The notes beneath the pieces are model-generated. The model was not told where the DNA came from, searched no databases, and saw only the letters and a program-made list of their open reading frames with translations. From positions 1 to 64,000 of the forward strand of contig JYFJ02000726.1 in the NCBI GenBank assembly GCA_000934665.2: a DNA stretch of 64,000 nucleotides. Direction: 5' to 3'. Of the stretch, positions 36,237-51,100 are shown piece after piece. The number at the start of each line of letters is the position of its first letter. Position 1 is the first letter of the stretch. A program made the translations under genes and the position numbers. The DNA comes from Catajapyx aquilonaris. Its lineage: Eukaryota.

Positions 36237-39200
36237 TCACAACATATTGCTGCTGCTTAAGAACCTCCACTTCTGAGAGGTTATGCTTGTCTCGCATGTC
36301 TCAGCTGTGATTCCTGCTGTTTGGAAGTAGCGAGAGTCCATGCAGAGATTGTAATTTGGATGATGGATTATCATTACTTCTCCATCCTCTTTTCTCTTCC
36401 ATTTCTGTAACATGGAAGAAATTACGTTTATCACAGCCCAGTGTTGCGTCAGGTGTCATCGGCACCATTTACTGACCTGTGTTGCAGATCCCAGACACAT
36501 CCGAAGCCTTACTGGTGCACCCGGTCGAGGATCCATTAAAGTTAAACACAGATCTTGATGTCTAATGAGGTCATCCTGGGTCAGAGACCATTCCTGGAGT
36601 ACAACAATCGATAAATGTACACTTGTTGGCAATTATTTGAAGCGGCATAGCCCATACCTGGTTTCCACCAGCATTATGGCAGGGATGCAGACCAACGTTC
36701 CCATCAGCCAGCCTTCCCATGGTATCCATGCAGAGCCTGCCCTGTTGCAGGGACCCCACGGAAAGGCCTGAACTCTCGGGAACCTTCAGTTCTGGGTAGA
36801 CATTCTCCAGGTACCAGCGGAAGGGCTTGCACTGAAGTTTCCTCTTCAGTTCCAACCTGCCCTGGATATTGCCAAATGGAACACTTTTGGCCAGAGGGAC
36901 AGCCGAGTAGTAGAAACGCTTGTACTCGTCCATCCATACTTCTGCAGCTCTCCTTGTGTTTCTGGCAAACACTGTGCCCGAACCCCCAGGGAAGGAGTAA
37001 GGATGCTGCTTACGGAACACGTGACCCACACGTGAGCATGGGATTATCTCCAAAGAACCACCGCATTGCCACACACGGAATGAAATTTCTGAAAGGTAAG
37101 TGAAGATATATTAATGCGTTTCACTTGAATATTAATTTCAATAAGGTCTAGTTAATGCTTATACATTCGACCTAATATTAACAACTGATATTTAACAGCC
37201 TCTACAAGCAAACTGTCAAAAAGTAAGTGGTTAATAATCACCATGGTGCAACAAAATTGCTAACTAACTTGGGCCATCAATTAGAACAATGTAATTGCAC
37301 CCAAAAAAATGCAGCACCTCTGTAAATACCACTGAACCCAACTTATTGAAACAAGTCAGAAAGTATAACGCATCGTATACTTTTATAGCCCCATGGATGA
37401 TATCATCTGCCTCGTAAAAATGGTGCATGAAATCAGAAAGTACCCCTCCATTGGCTACACCCTAATTGCATATTGCTTTCAGTTTTATGTGGCACAAAAG
37501 GCATCCTTTGAATTTGCCCATAATGCATTTTTCTGAATATTGCAATCCATCTCACTGAATGATCAACTCACTTGAGTGCGGTGCTCACAAAGAGTTTGTG
37601 ACAACATAATTTCTTGTTTTTCTAAGCTCTGTGTAATCACAAATCTTCCAAGTGGATTGAACTCCTTTATTAACAGAGAAAACTTTCTATTTAATAGTAA
37701 GATTGGTTATGAAACTTCGTGACTGATGGGTGGTACTCCCAACAAATTACGAAGGCGCACATGCTTATATACCTACCCAAATTTTCTCCTCCCCATATAT
37801 CCATCTGCATATCATATTGCCCCAGCTGTTTGAAGTAAAGCCGATCTATCACAAAAAGCCCTCCTGCAATCATGGGCGTCCTGCGAAACATAATACATCA
37901 TATTAACATACCACAGGCCAAATTATGCAAATAGAAGCAACCTAAATAAATGTAACCCAAACCTGATCGGACGAGTGGGATCCTCCTTTCTCTTTCTCCT
38001 CTCATCGGAAGTCAAAAATTCCCACTTGAACACAAGATTCCAGTCGAATCCTCCTCTCAAATCAGCAGAGGCGCCGATGTACTGGAAGCTGTCCATGCTT
38101 ATCACATCAATGACTGGACACACCACTCTTGTTCGATTCTTGAATATAAAACGAAATGAGCGTGTTAATCAACTACTCCTGAAAAGTGATGGGGGCAATG
38201 CATGCATAATAAAGCAAGTTCTCAAAAGCCACAAAAGAAGTTTCACGTACTTGGAAGCAGCTTTACAACATGGTAACCATAAATCATAACCCAGCACTTA
38301 AAATTCGAAAATCTAGTCGGATAACATTCACTAAATTTGAAATTAAAATATATCATTGCAAAAAAAAAGGGGGGTTCATATCTCATATAAACATCATAAC
38401 TGACAATCCAGGCATCAAGAGGCAGCAAAATCATTTTACTGCGAATCAATAAATCATGATATAATGCATTCGTGACATTGCAACGTAGCTAAATCACATC
38501 CATCCGATTCACAGTGAAAGTGACCAACCTCAGCAACTCTTTCTAGTAGTGGCTCAATCCAGTTGACATTGCATTCGCAGTGACTATCAAGAAAAGTGAG
38601 CACAGGGGCAGTGGCTGAGTTAGCTCCCCTCACGCGGGACCTCATCAGACCCTCCCTTTGTTTGTTCCGCAGCACCAGAACCTTCTCCATCTTGGCCAAT
38701 TCTTGTCCATCCGATGCTGCAGGAGAGAGATAACATTGTTTTAAAGAATTCTTAGGGCAATAAAAGGTTTCACTACTGTACACTTCCAAAAATCTGAAGA
38801 ACAATATACCGGTACTCAAGGTTCCCAGCCGAGAGCAGCTAGTAACTGTCCATCGGACGAGAAGGTGTGTGCACAGTTGCACTTCCACCATAATCACCTG
38901 CTCCCATGTAATTTAACCTTAATGAATGAACAATGCACCACAACTCAAGTCAACACTTCCTTCATGTTCACCCGGCATTAACACATAATGAGTCATGTCT
39001 CATTTTAACTGCTAAAAATGGCTTATGGAAAGTAGCAATTTATTGCTTATTCCCAAGTCGGGCTCCCTTCAACCTTCGAAAGTCAACATCCTTCCCATGT
39101 ACAGCAATTATTATGAGCCCCTACTTCAAGCGTACAAAAAAACTCACGGTCATCACTGAAGTCATCCACCAAGATGATCTCTCGGATAAGGTGCTCAGGG

Positions 39201-42200
39201 CTACGGTTGAGCACGCTGCAAAAGAAAGCCGGGCGAATTAATATCTCGCAGAAACGTTTCACCATTGGGAGACACTAAGTGCTCCCTAGAAGATGGCACA
39301 TTAAAAAAATTGCCACAATAGATAAAGGCGGCAATAAAAAAAAAAACTAACCTGACCACTGTCCGAAGGAGGGTAGAACGTGCCTCGTTGTGGAATGTGA
39401 TTATGACCGAAGTCTCAGGAAGATCTTGGCGCCACTGCTTTTTTCTACACCTGTAAAAAAATGGTAGCTAATTAGTAACAAGCAGGACAAGCTTTGCATA
39501 TCAGATGGAGTGCTACCAACTCTTTGATGAACAGAAATCAGACATGTTCACCTTGTGATGTACAGTGCATTCATATATCAATGTCTTTGAAATAAGTGTT
39601 TATTTGGTAGAGTGCACCGCTCTCTCCATTTACACGCAGCAACTAGAACAATTTCCTACCCATCTGCTTATTACGTTCCAGCCCAAATGAAACTGCAAAC
39701 GGCGTTCCTTGCAACACTTCTTCCTGAATAATGCAGGCAGACTCTGCATTTCCTGCTCATATCATGCAACTTGAACAAGTACCAAAACAAACATGCGTGT
39801 TGGCTACCAGAAATAGAGCGCAAAATTGCACCATTTATATCACTGGCCACATCCACATATATGCTAATGTCTCATATACCGGCCCCTGCTCCTTTTCACG
39901 CACCAAGCAATAATAAGTTGTATATATTGAAATAGATGTGCATGTAAAAAGAGGTCAGGTGTCGAACTGGAACGGTTTTGTGACCCACAAAGTGAACCCC
40001 ATGAACACATAGAATGGCAGGTAGTGAGCCAAAACGTGATTTTCCTGTACCACACCGCTACGTTCCATGCGTGACACTGACAGACGATTGGGCTGATTAC
40101 AACGTTCGGTTTTACAATTTTTTAAACCACAACCTGTCAATTGACCATTACATTTTACATATTTATTAGAGGCTATATTAAAATACCAGGGGTCAGGATT
40201 TTAAATTTTTTTGGTCCAGTTTGCAGACATTCATCTGAATTGCAAATTATTTGGAGTGGCTAATTTTTAATAAAGATGTTAAGAAAAATGGTGGTCATCC
40301 ACCCCCCTAAAAGGGCTCTGTTCCTTCTAATGCTAATGGGGTAAAGCTAAAAAATTACAAATAAAGATGTTAAGCTAGATAAAAAAAAGCAGGACCAACT
40401 GGAATATTTCAACCCCTGAAATTAGATCAGAAGCGCATATCCGCGAACATCCCAAGTTACTCAAAGTAGCAGCGATTCCCAAACCCGCTATTTGGCTATT
40501 GGACCTAGTTGAAAAGATGGGACCGCTCCCGTTCCCATCGGGGTCATCCTCTTGTCCAATTAAGATGGAAGGCCAGAAAGAAGAGTGAGTTTTTTGGCAA
40601 GTGTGGGTCAGGGAAAGCTCTCCAGGAGCAAGCGCTGCAAGCAGGTCAATGGGACGTCCGGCAGGTCACGCTATCCTGGCCGGCCAAAACTTGCTCCTTC
40701 AACTAGCGGTCACTTCTTTTTTTTCCCAAACACCCCCCCAAGGTGGACACCTTGGCCCCAAAAAGCCCACATCGGCATATGAAATACCCAAAGGAATGCA
40801 CAAGTACCTACCACGCAAATATCGCATGGGCAATAATGGTTGTTTTCGAAATGTTTAGGCAACAGTGTTACGAAGTCAGGAAAAAGTGTTACCTGGAAAG
40901 CACCATTTAGGTCATCCAGGGGAAGGTTAGTTTCTTATATTTTATGTGGTCACGCCCGTTTTCAACAAAAGCAACGAACCGTAAAGCATCTTATGTAATT
41001 CAGCGCCTCTGAAGGGGTCAGTTCACACGCCATTACGAAATGGGTACAAAAATTGGTATAAAACACTCCCATTATAACAGTCTCCTGGTCATGACCTACG
41101 ACAAACTTGCCGGTAAGGTCAAAGAATTTTTAGTCCCAGAAACCACTTTTAAGAGACGCAAACGACCTGTGTACAGTCGCTCAAATTAGCCTCCAAGAGA
41201 GAGGCAAAGCCACAATAACGTTCGTTGGCCAGCGGCTTTGGAGGCTAATTTGAGCTTCAGGTCTGCTACCTTGGATGATCACTTGCATGAGTCGACAAGG
41301 AAGATAAAGCAACTCCATACACAACCACCATTAGCAAATTTCTGCAACCGGTACTACTGTAGTCACGGAGTCTGCAACATCCCGGAAATGTGAACTTGTT
41401 AGTTATCGCTTTATACTCTTCTTCGGACTGCTTCACGTGGTGTGACCAGGAATTCAGGTTAATGTTGTAGTGGTTTACTAGTCTGCAGTTTTCACTATTA
41501 CTGACCTCGAGGGGGTTCTCCCACACGAAAGTTGAGCACCAGCTTAATTAGAGGGGGGCTCATCAATCATCCTGAGGAACCCAAGCACAAGAAGCCAACA
41601 CCGACGATAATAATAGGCTCTAATAACCGTCGATCTACAAGTGACGGAATGAGCCGTCAATCATAATACCCTTTGTCGTCCCAACGATTTCCTTCGCGCA
41701 TGCAGTCTATGCGCATGCAATCTGTACGCATGCGCCACCGTACAGTGCCGGGCATTAATTCCGTCACACTGCTAGCGACGTTTTCCGTTGCGGAAGAAGT
41801 ACAAATCGAAGTGATAGAGTGCGAGCCGTGCGAGTAAGAAATGGTAGCCCTTGGGTGACATCACTGGCTCCATTGCCCCCCAGCAGGTGACGTCACTCAA
41901 GGCCTACCTCTTCTTACTCGCACGGCTCACACTTCGATTTGCACTTCTGCCGCATCAAAAAAAATGTCGCTAGGAGTATGACGCGATTAATGTCCAACAC
42001 TGTACGTTTTTTGTCATAAATAAAGTGTAGGCCTACTCACGCTGCGTTCCTGGTGTCCGGCACAGGTCGATCTGAGGGCAGCCGGTCACTCTCAGCCTGG
42101 TTGAACTTATTCCTGGCATAGGCGTCCTCTCCGTCGCGTAGTCCACCGACGTACGCCTTTTCATCGAAATACCTCCAAGCCAATCGCTGGTCTTCATCGG

Positions 42201-45051
42201 ATCGGACCGAGCCAGCTGCTTCAGGCCGATGGAGAGGCGCCGACGACGGGGGCGCCAGAGGAGGGTCGTCGCCTCTCCCCCCGCTGCTCAACCCTCCAGC
42301 TCCCCCGCCTCCCTCCCCTGCCGACGCCAGTCCTCGAAGTGCTTCAGCCTTCAGACGAAGTGCCCTCTTGCCACCTGCTCCACGCTCGTCCTGAAAGACA
42401 TTACAAGGGAAACGGTGGACCTCAGACAACTTCCTAGAAAAACTCGCTGTGCTCGGCGGTTGCCCGAGCGCAAAATGCAAAATCTTATTTTGGCCATAGC
42501 TCGAAAATGGCGGGGAAATTTGCATTTCTGAGGATTTTTCGCTTCGCAATTGTCGACAATAGCTTTCCAATGAGCCATCTCCCGACCCGCTATGACGTTG
42601 GGAAGTGCCTATATACAGCCAATGGGAAGCAACTTGCTGCCAAAAAATCTTCCGAGAAGACGCTTCTCGAAACTGTGCAACAGGAGACTTCACACGTCAC
42701 GGTTAGACGCATACGTTTGCATGTATCCTGCCCAATTACACTTGATTGTTACCGTCAGAACCGGCTCTACAGAGGATATGAGTGGGTTGGGACAGGTACT
42801 CTAAAGAAGCCTAATAAGTTCCGCTGGTGATCACGAACTTAACAATTCTCAGTCTATTTACAGGGTCCGTGCCAAGAAATATAGTTGCATGCCCCTGCCG
42901 TTCAATCGATTTACATAATGATGCAGTGCTCTATAGATGCCTTAACAAGATAGGTCGGAAATTGCGTGTTTCAAAAGGCGGAAGAATCCTCTTTGTCAAT
43001 AACTCATCAAGGGTTTTTGGCGACGAACGCCATAAAAGTATTAAGCAACTAATGAGCCCATGTTCTAGTCACGACAAAACGGCCTAAATAACAGGTCTCA
43101 TTCCACGCTAAAAAAGCAGCGTGGACAATATTTCCACGTCGCTTTTTATTCGGCACACACAAAGAGAGGTTGGTAATGAAACCGCAAGATGATTGTCTCA
43201 GCCTCCTGAATTCATGACGTTGGTATCTCAGGTAATCAACTTGAGAGCTGGCGGAGAAAACTAATTATGAATCGTGCTACGCCATGGGCTCATTTCGACG
43301 TATGTTCCCAGCTGTTGTCTTCAGGTAATATCGTGAATATATGCACTCTACAGTGTAGCTTTAGCATAAAGCAGGACTGAACAAAAAAGCCCAAAGCCAT
43401 AAGTTATGCAATGAAAATACTGTAATGATAATTGCACAACTTGTGAATTAATTCGCCATACACCATATACGAAAATGGAATATTATTTTTAATTTTAATA
43501 TTACACATTGACCTTTAACGGTATATACGACATCAGTTTGCTGGTTCATTACTAGCAATTAACGATAATTAGAACGCAACATTGACCTGAATTTTTTCCC
43601 CCAGCGCAATTGCGCACACTCAACCCATATGCAGCATCCACTAAACTTTCCCCCAAATGATGAATCTCTGAAGTGCCGACAGGTCAATTTTCTCCGCGAA
43701 ATGAAATCAAGGACGCCTATTTACACAAGGTGTTTCAATTTTCCATCTTAAAGATTATAGCGAAAATCTAGTTAACATTTCAGTTAGAACATGGCGACAA
43801 AAAGAAGAAAAAAAATGCAGAAATTTATCACTAGAAGAGGATTAAGTGGCTGTACAACCGACGTTAATGTGGTGCAAACAGGTTTCTTATGCACTGCAAC
43901 TCTTAAAGTTATGACTTATGAGTTATCGACCCTCAGGTAATGCTTCGATCATTAAATGAAGTGATGTACAGTACATTAGGCTTGTAGAATATATAAATCA
44001 ATCATAAACAGCAAATCCTGTGTTATATGAATACGCATTGTACTCCAGCAAATTACTGCATTAATCATCAAGTACACTGCGAGGTAACCACAATTTCGCA
44101 CCTGGCACTCCGTTTACCTAATGCGCCCATTAATTTTCGCAATTATATTGTAGTTCCAAGCCCAACTTGTAGGAACACATCTAAAATTATAATTTATGCA
44201 TCATCCTACTGCATAATCGGAGATCTTGCCTTAATTCGTGTTGATAAAACCAGCAGTAATTTTCATAGTCTGATTAAACTTTTTAATCAACTTCCCTCTG
44301 CTATTTTTTTCTTCTTACTCGCCATTAAATTATGCAACTTGCTCTGGGCCATGTTACGCTGTCACGCCTAAATATTAACTTCACTCATTGACCAGCAGCA
44401 CAGCAGCCCTTTCGTATAGATCCTGTACCATCAAATGTCAGGGAAGACATGCTGCAGTAATCAACATTGTACGTGTCCTTCCCCCCGTTGAATTAATTAC
44501 AACTCTCAGGACAAGCCCTGGATATTCTGCACTGTAATCTGGTTTATAAATAGTGGCCTGCTACGTATGCTAAAACGCCAAAGATAGGCCAAGAAATTAA
44601 TATAAATTCTGCATCAGACAATTACGAGTTTAAAGCTGCATTCTTTATTAACCGCTAGAAGCAAATGCGTTACCAGATTCCCCGTAGCTCCAAGCCGAAT
44701 GCAATATTCATTAAGACCCATGGAGAAAATTCTTCGCTTGCAACAAAGGGAAATACTTCACTTGAATTGCATGTGTAAAGGAACTCTCAAAAATCAGAAT
44801 AATTGGACTGTTAATATTGCAGAAACTCAAAGGTCAAGTAATGGCCAGAAGCTGCATGCCTCATTTATTAACTCGCGGAAACGAATTTGCAAAGTTGTGA
44901 TGGTAACAGGAATACTATTTTTCATACTATTTCAACAAAATTACATGATGTAATTAATATTATTCAAATGTAACTGTTACAGGATTTTGGCCCACAATGC
45001 TAATTAGGCCTTACCTATTACAATGCAAACGAAAACACATCTCACACAGCA

Positions 45052-45112
<61 letters not shown>

Positions 45113-48100
45113 TACACCATCCTTTTACCATGAACCAGCAGACAGAGACGTATACATGTTGCCAATTGATTGACGTGACGGCTAAATCCGATTCCATATT
45201 ATGGCCTTTTATGGATCCTGAGCTCTATAACGCAACGCTAATTATAACGCTAATTTCCCTGATAATCAAAGCCATATTGCATATTAATTGCTTGCCTCGA
45301 AATGAATAATTTCCGCAAAAGGGGAGCATTTCCCGGTTCCGTTTTCGTTATTTGTCCTCACTTCCAACGATTTCTCTCGCCCCCCCCCCCNNCCCCCCTC
45401 TTAATCATATTGGTATTAAATGCCACGACCACTAATAGAAATTGGCACTTTCATTAAGTGGTCAGCACCTTCTTCTAATAGCAAATTACGGTTGGACATG
45501 GGGCGGTCCTATTATACAACTTTCCCAGTACAAGGTGCTTTCTGACCAACCATCCAGTCAAGAACGCGGATATGCTCAAGGATATCTCCCTTGATTCAAA
45601 ATGATAAATGTACACAACTCTGCTCGTAAATTGGACAAGTTGCATAAGCCTCACAAAAATCGTCACTATATTTGCGAAAAAAATATATAAACTAGTAGCA
45701 GCTAGTGACGTAACATCTGCACTGGATTGGCACGTTAACTTCAACAAACGCAACTTGACAAGTTAGAGAGTTTCACTTTGCAGGGGCCTCGGCACTCCCC
45801 TTTTTTGGTAAACACAACTGCTGCATCTCATAAAAAAATATGACTCCTCACATTTTCGGCTGGAATGTTTGCCAAGTTCCTCATGCAAAAAAAGTGCCAT
45901 ATGTCTGCATGATTTCCTGTAAGTTCACTTAGAAAGTACAGTCAATTTATATCAAATTCAAATGTATACAATATATTGTAATGCATATTGTACATCAAAT
46001 ATCTCCTGTTTTCATTTGTGACATACTTGTGCACTTGGCATGATTGTCGATCACCTACAGCACCCATCATATGAGGCACTTCATTAAGCCCTCCTTTCCT
46101 CCAATTAACACTGGCGTGCCTAATAACCAAATTATGGCACACAAACACAGGTCAGTGGGGAGTGGGACAGGAAACGGCGGCTGTGGCAACACGTGACATG
46201 ACGTAACTGAAAGCAGTCGGAATCCACTTTCGCCGTCGATTGAAGGTAAGGCCAACGGGACTATGGAAAGAGGAGGAGGGAGGGGGGGGGAGGGTAGATA
46301 GAGAACATGTAAAGTAGGCGAGCAACACCACTCAAAGAGAGAAAGCCCTTCATACCATCCCATTCCATCTCCTCAAGGCCGCTCGCCTGCAGGCAACCTC
46401 TCTTTCTCCTTACGAAAGGTCACCTTGAGTGGGTCTCAGTTGCCTATCGCCCAGGATAAACCCTATCATTCTTGAAGCTAAAAGTTCCACACTCATGGAG
46501 ATCGGCTGGTCCGCGCTCATTGAGATCGGCTGGTCCGCGCTCATTGAGATCGGCTGGTCCGTGCTCATGGAAGAGCGGCTGGTCCGTGCTCATGGAAGAG
46601 CGGCTGGTCCGCGCTCATGGAGGGAGGCTGTTCCATGCTCCTTTAAAGAAGCTGTGCATGATGAACATTCCTCCAATTTGTCCAATTGTCGTCACTCTCC
46701 CTTCCGGACAGTAGTAGCGTCATATTTCCGGAGAGGAGCCATGTCACGCTCGTTCAGAACATGCCTCCCGCCTTTTCCTTGCAAGCCTTGCTCTCTCCTA
46801 GTTCCCATCACGCCTCCTCTTATTCTCGCCAGCCATTATTCCGTCTATCGCGATTATCACATCCGCGGCCTCACAATCGTTTTCCCAGGAGCACGATGGT
46901 CCTATTATGTGAGGCAGGTCGAGGTCCACCACCCATTGCGTCAGTTCAAAAAAACGATACTTGCTTTCTTGTACGCCTCCTCAGCCATATACAGCAAAGT
47001 TTGGTAATGGCCATTTCATGCTAGACAACTTTATAGCATTGTTGGATATTACGACTGAGTTTCAGTGGTGCAAACCGGACTATAAAGAGGGAAGTTGGCT
47101 AATACATATACGCAGTGGATATGGCTTCTAAAAAAAATGAATCACATTTTCATTCCTTTGAACTGGAAGGATGCTGCGTGTCTGAAATTCCAAATTCGTA
47201 ATGGACTCGTGATGAATGTCATCCCCGTTACACATTCAACATGGTATCTTTTTTTCGCTTCTCCGTTCTTCCATTAGGCGACATCAACATCACCAATACC
47301 TTTTCCGGCAAAAAAAATCCCGTTAGAGGGACGTTCCATATGTCCTTTGGTCAAAAAATAGACTAAATTTGGTCGGAGTATGATACGTTCCAAATCGCTT
47401 TAACATTCGAAAGGCACCCCGTAAATCATATGAAAGCTATCCTTATCTTTACTCTTGTTCCATTACTAATCCAGTATCCAGATATCGTAATCCCTATAAT
47501 GCGTCATCCTATGTAAGCATGTCGCACTAATCATGTTCTCAGTTCCAGAGTAAAAGTTGTTCACTCTATAATAACCAGTTGGAAGCAACATTTGCGATTG
47601 CTTCTTCTCAACTTGTTACCACAGACAATACCTCTTGTATTGTCTCAGGTATATTGTCTGTGCTTGTTACTTGAACAGTCCATAACTGATACACTGGAGT
47701 ATCACCCTGTACAAGGCGTGTTAAAGGAATAGACCCACAAGTATTCCTTTTCAGTTTCAGGCATCGTACCAAGCATCATCCAATAACGTCACGCCACAAT
47801 AAATTCCAATTAACGGTGTCTGTTTTTAGGCTGCCAACATTGGCCGATGAGAAAATCACTCAACGATGAGAAGCACACTTGGATTCCCATGAGTTCCTCT
47901 AAAATTCTCCTGAGGATTCCTCAAACAAGTGCTTCGCTTCCAGGAAATATTCTCCATATTCCTCTGCATGCATTTGGTGAATGTTCCATGTTGTTATTGT
48001 TCCAAAAATTTCACAGCAACTATCCAAAATAGTGCCTGCTTGTCTTATACAAAAGACAAACACCTTCGACCAATCTGATAGCGCTAAGCCCAGTTTTTCC

Positions 48101-51100
48101 CACGTCACAACAACAAACAACGAACGTCACACCAGCCATGATAGGTGAAATCACCAGCCAACCAATCCGGAACAAACGTCCAATTCCACACATCCTGAAT
48201 AGGAAGAATCGTTTGTTTGAAGGCCAGATCAAGGCTCCAGAAAGTCTTTTGTCTGAGAAGATGGCATTTTCCATCATCTGTTCCCATCATCATCCAACAT
48301 CGTGCCAATTGAGGATCTTAACTCGTCAATTTTCACCGCTTCATATACTAAAGCACACCGACCCGGATTTTACCGTGCAATTTCTTTATTTTGTCCAGTA
48401 TACAATGTGTGGCACATATTTGCGATACAGTTTCCCTTCTGTCATCACTTTCTCTCGTCCCTTTTGTACACACACGATTCTTGGCTCCCATTTATTGTGT
48501 TTCTCTCATCCCACGAACCGCCACTTTTACTTTTTTTGTGTGTGTGTATGGTTAGAACATGTATTATTGTGGGTGATGCAGTTTTTCCAGATTACATGGA
48601 AAGTTTCCTTATGCAAGTCGTGCTTTTAGAGCTATTTCTGACAAAACGTGAAAGTGCGACTTTTCTAGTGCAAAAGCTGCAGGACACCCATTGCGAATCG
48701 TGTGAAAAATTTAAACACAATTGATTGTGTCTCAACAGGGCAGGTCAGTATCCAAGTCACTGACCTTTCCATGACCTGCTGTTCAAAAAACTGCAGTCAC
48801 GCATATTGCAAAAACGCATAAATTAATAACTTTATAGTTTCCAGCACATGCGCTACCGGTACCTAAAAACTATTATTTGAATCACATTTCCTACATTTTT
48901 TTTTTTTTTTGCATACTCCTAACGAAAAATTTCTCACGTGCAATGGACCATCACGCACATATTCCATATTTCGTATGTGCGTGTTCCGTAAAAATTTATT
49001 CCGCGTGACACCCCTTCTGACTTTTTCTTCCATTTTTGGTTCCGGGAAATGGCCCGGAGTTTTGTTGGGGAGGGAGGTTCTGGTATATACAGTGGGGGTG
49101 GTGGTGCTGGTAGAGAATAGAGCATGTTGGGAGTTGATGGTGGATCGATACACTTGGCGCCGTTGAGGGTTGCAAAGGGTTGGAGCACAAGAGCCTTTTT
49201 TTTTTTTCAAAAAAAAAAAAAAATCGACAAAACTCTTGACCTTTGCCCATGCATTTATCCAGGCGATGCCGGACATGTGAAAGCTAATCCGAAATTCCTT
49301 TCCGAAAAAGTTGGAAACGTTATCACGTTCAAATGGCCCTACGTTATGCTGAATCGCCAAAAAAAAAAGTGGTTATGGAAGAAAAAAAAAACTAATTCAA
49401 TGCAAATGTCACGTGAAAAGTAAACTTTCTTGTTGGGTTTGAGAACTGCAAAAATGCAGATGATTTATGAGCCTTTCCAAACGTTACGATATGGCTCTGC
49501 ACAATCGGGATGCCGGATCCTGAAGAGTCTCCAAGTCCCATATGTCCTCGTTTCAAAACTTGTGAAGTTACTGACCCCTACTTTTTTTCCCCACCTGAAC
49601 CTGTCTGCGGTATCAATAAATCGCAATGTATAAATCACACTCGCTTTTTAAAATAAACCAAAAAAAAAAATGATATCATCAGACCAGTACATTATTTTTT
49701 GAATAATTTCGTGCCATATCACGTACATTATGCCCTTACTGATAAACCAAGCTGAACTCTGCTCTCCTTGAATCCCATCCGTCGCATCGATTCAATTCCC
49801 CCCACCCTGACCTAAGACCCCCTCCCAAAAATTGTGGACTTAGCCGCTTTTGTTCCGCCACTAAATCCCAATCCTCCTCTAATCCAGCACCGCCTACAAA
49901 TTCCATAAACTCCAGGCCTTGGCTTGCCCTGGATATCACAGTAGCTCGATCTCCGCATGTCCATTAAACTCAACGAAGCTTAGAGCCTTCCATCAACCCC
50001 CCCCCCCCTCCCCCCTGTCCCTATAGCCCTATAGCACTTTTCGCCCATGGAAGATATATACCCTGGAACCGTTACTCCTCAAATGAACTGCATCGGGCAC
50101 GTGCAACGGATGATGTTTCATGACCTCTTCTCGCTCTCCACTAAACAAGGATGTAATGTTGGAGAAAAGTCGGGTCCAAAGCTCAAAAGACACTTCCCTT
50201 GGCCTCTTTTATTTCTAGGAGGAGGCTTGCGGTGCCTGCAGTTTTGTGTAAATCCTACCAGGAGGATTTTCTCGAGAAGCAATGGGACGTAGCAATTGGC
50301 TCGAAAAAAAGGCAGCAGCTATATCCCAAGTAGCAGGGCTTCTCAAAGGAGGAAGAGGAGGCACTATTTTCAATGGTAAGAAACAAGCTAAGCCAAGGCA
50401 ATATGACACAACTTTTAATGTGACAACCCGCCGATTTACCACACAATATTATTTTTCACGCATAGATGGCGCACACTCCTGCACTCTCCTGCCACCTTCA
50501 GCTCGACAGCGATACTATCAGGTCGGACAAACATCCGATTAGGAGAAACCATGTGACAGGGATTCGATGCTCATCATTCAACACATTATCCGAATATATT
50601 GGGGGGATCAGCCTACATATTGTGCCCGTTTGCAAAATCTGGGATTGCGCAGGTTGCAGATACGGCTGCAGCCCTGCAGGCTGCTGCAAAAAAACACACA
50701 TTTCAATACTGCGAGATTATAAAATAATCATCTGATGTCGCCGGAAGGTACATAAGATTAAATACTGCATGTCTGCCCCAGAGTGCAGTCATTATTCAGC
50801 GGTTTAACTGTGATGAAGACAACGTCAATAATATTTAACATGATTTAAACTATACCATGGCAGCGTGTAAAAATTATGCTAAAATTAGCATACTTTTAAA
50901 TCCCTATTCAATTATGATTCATAACACACTGTATGTGGTTTAAAAAAATTGTGCGGTATTTGAATTATTCACAAGCAGACCACATGCTATAAGCCGCACC
51001 ACATTAAAAAAAAATAATGCCATGTGTTTTGAATTTAAGCGCATGTGTTACTAAACATTACAAAAGTGAAGATATTGTTGCAAGCCCTCAGTAACATATC

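Noticed and set aside
46492..46622. CRISPR-like array
   Set aside because: Units are contiguous with no unique spacers and the context is eukaryotic; it is a minisatellite
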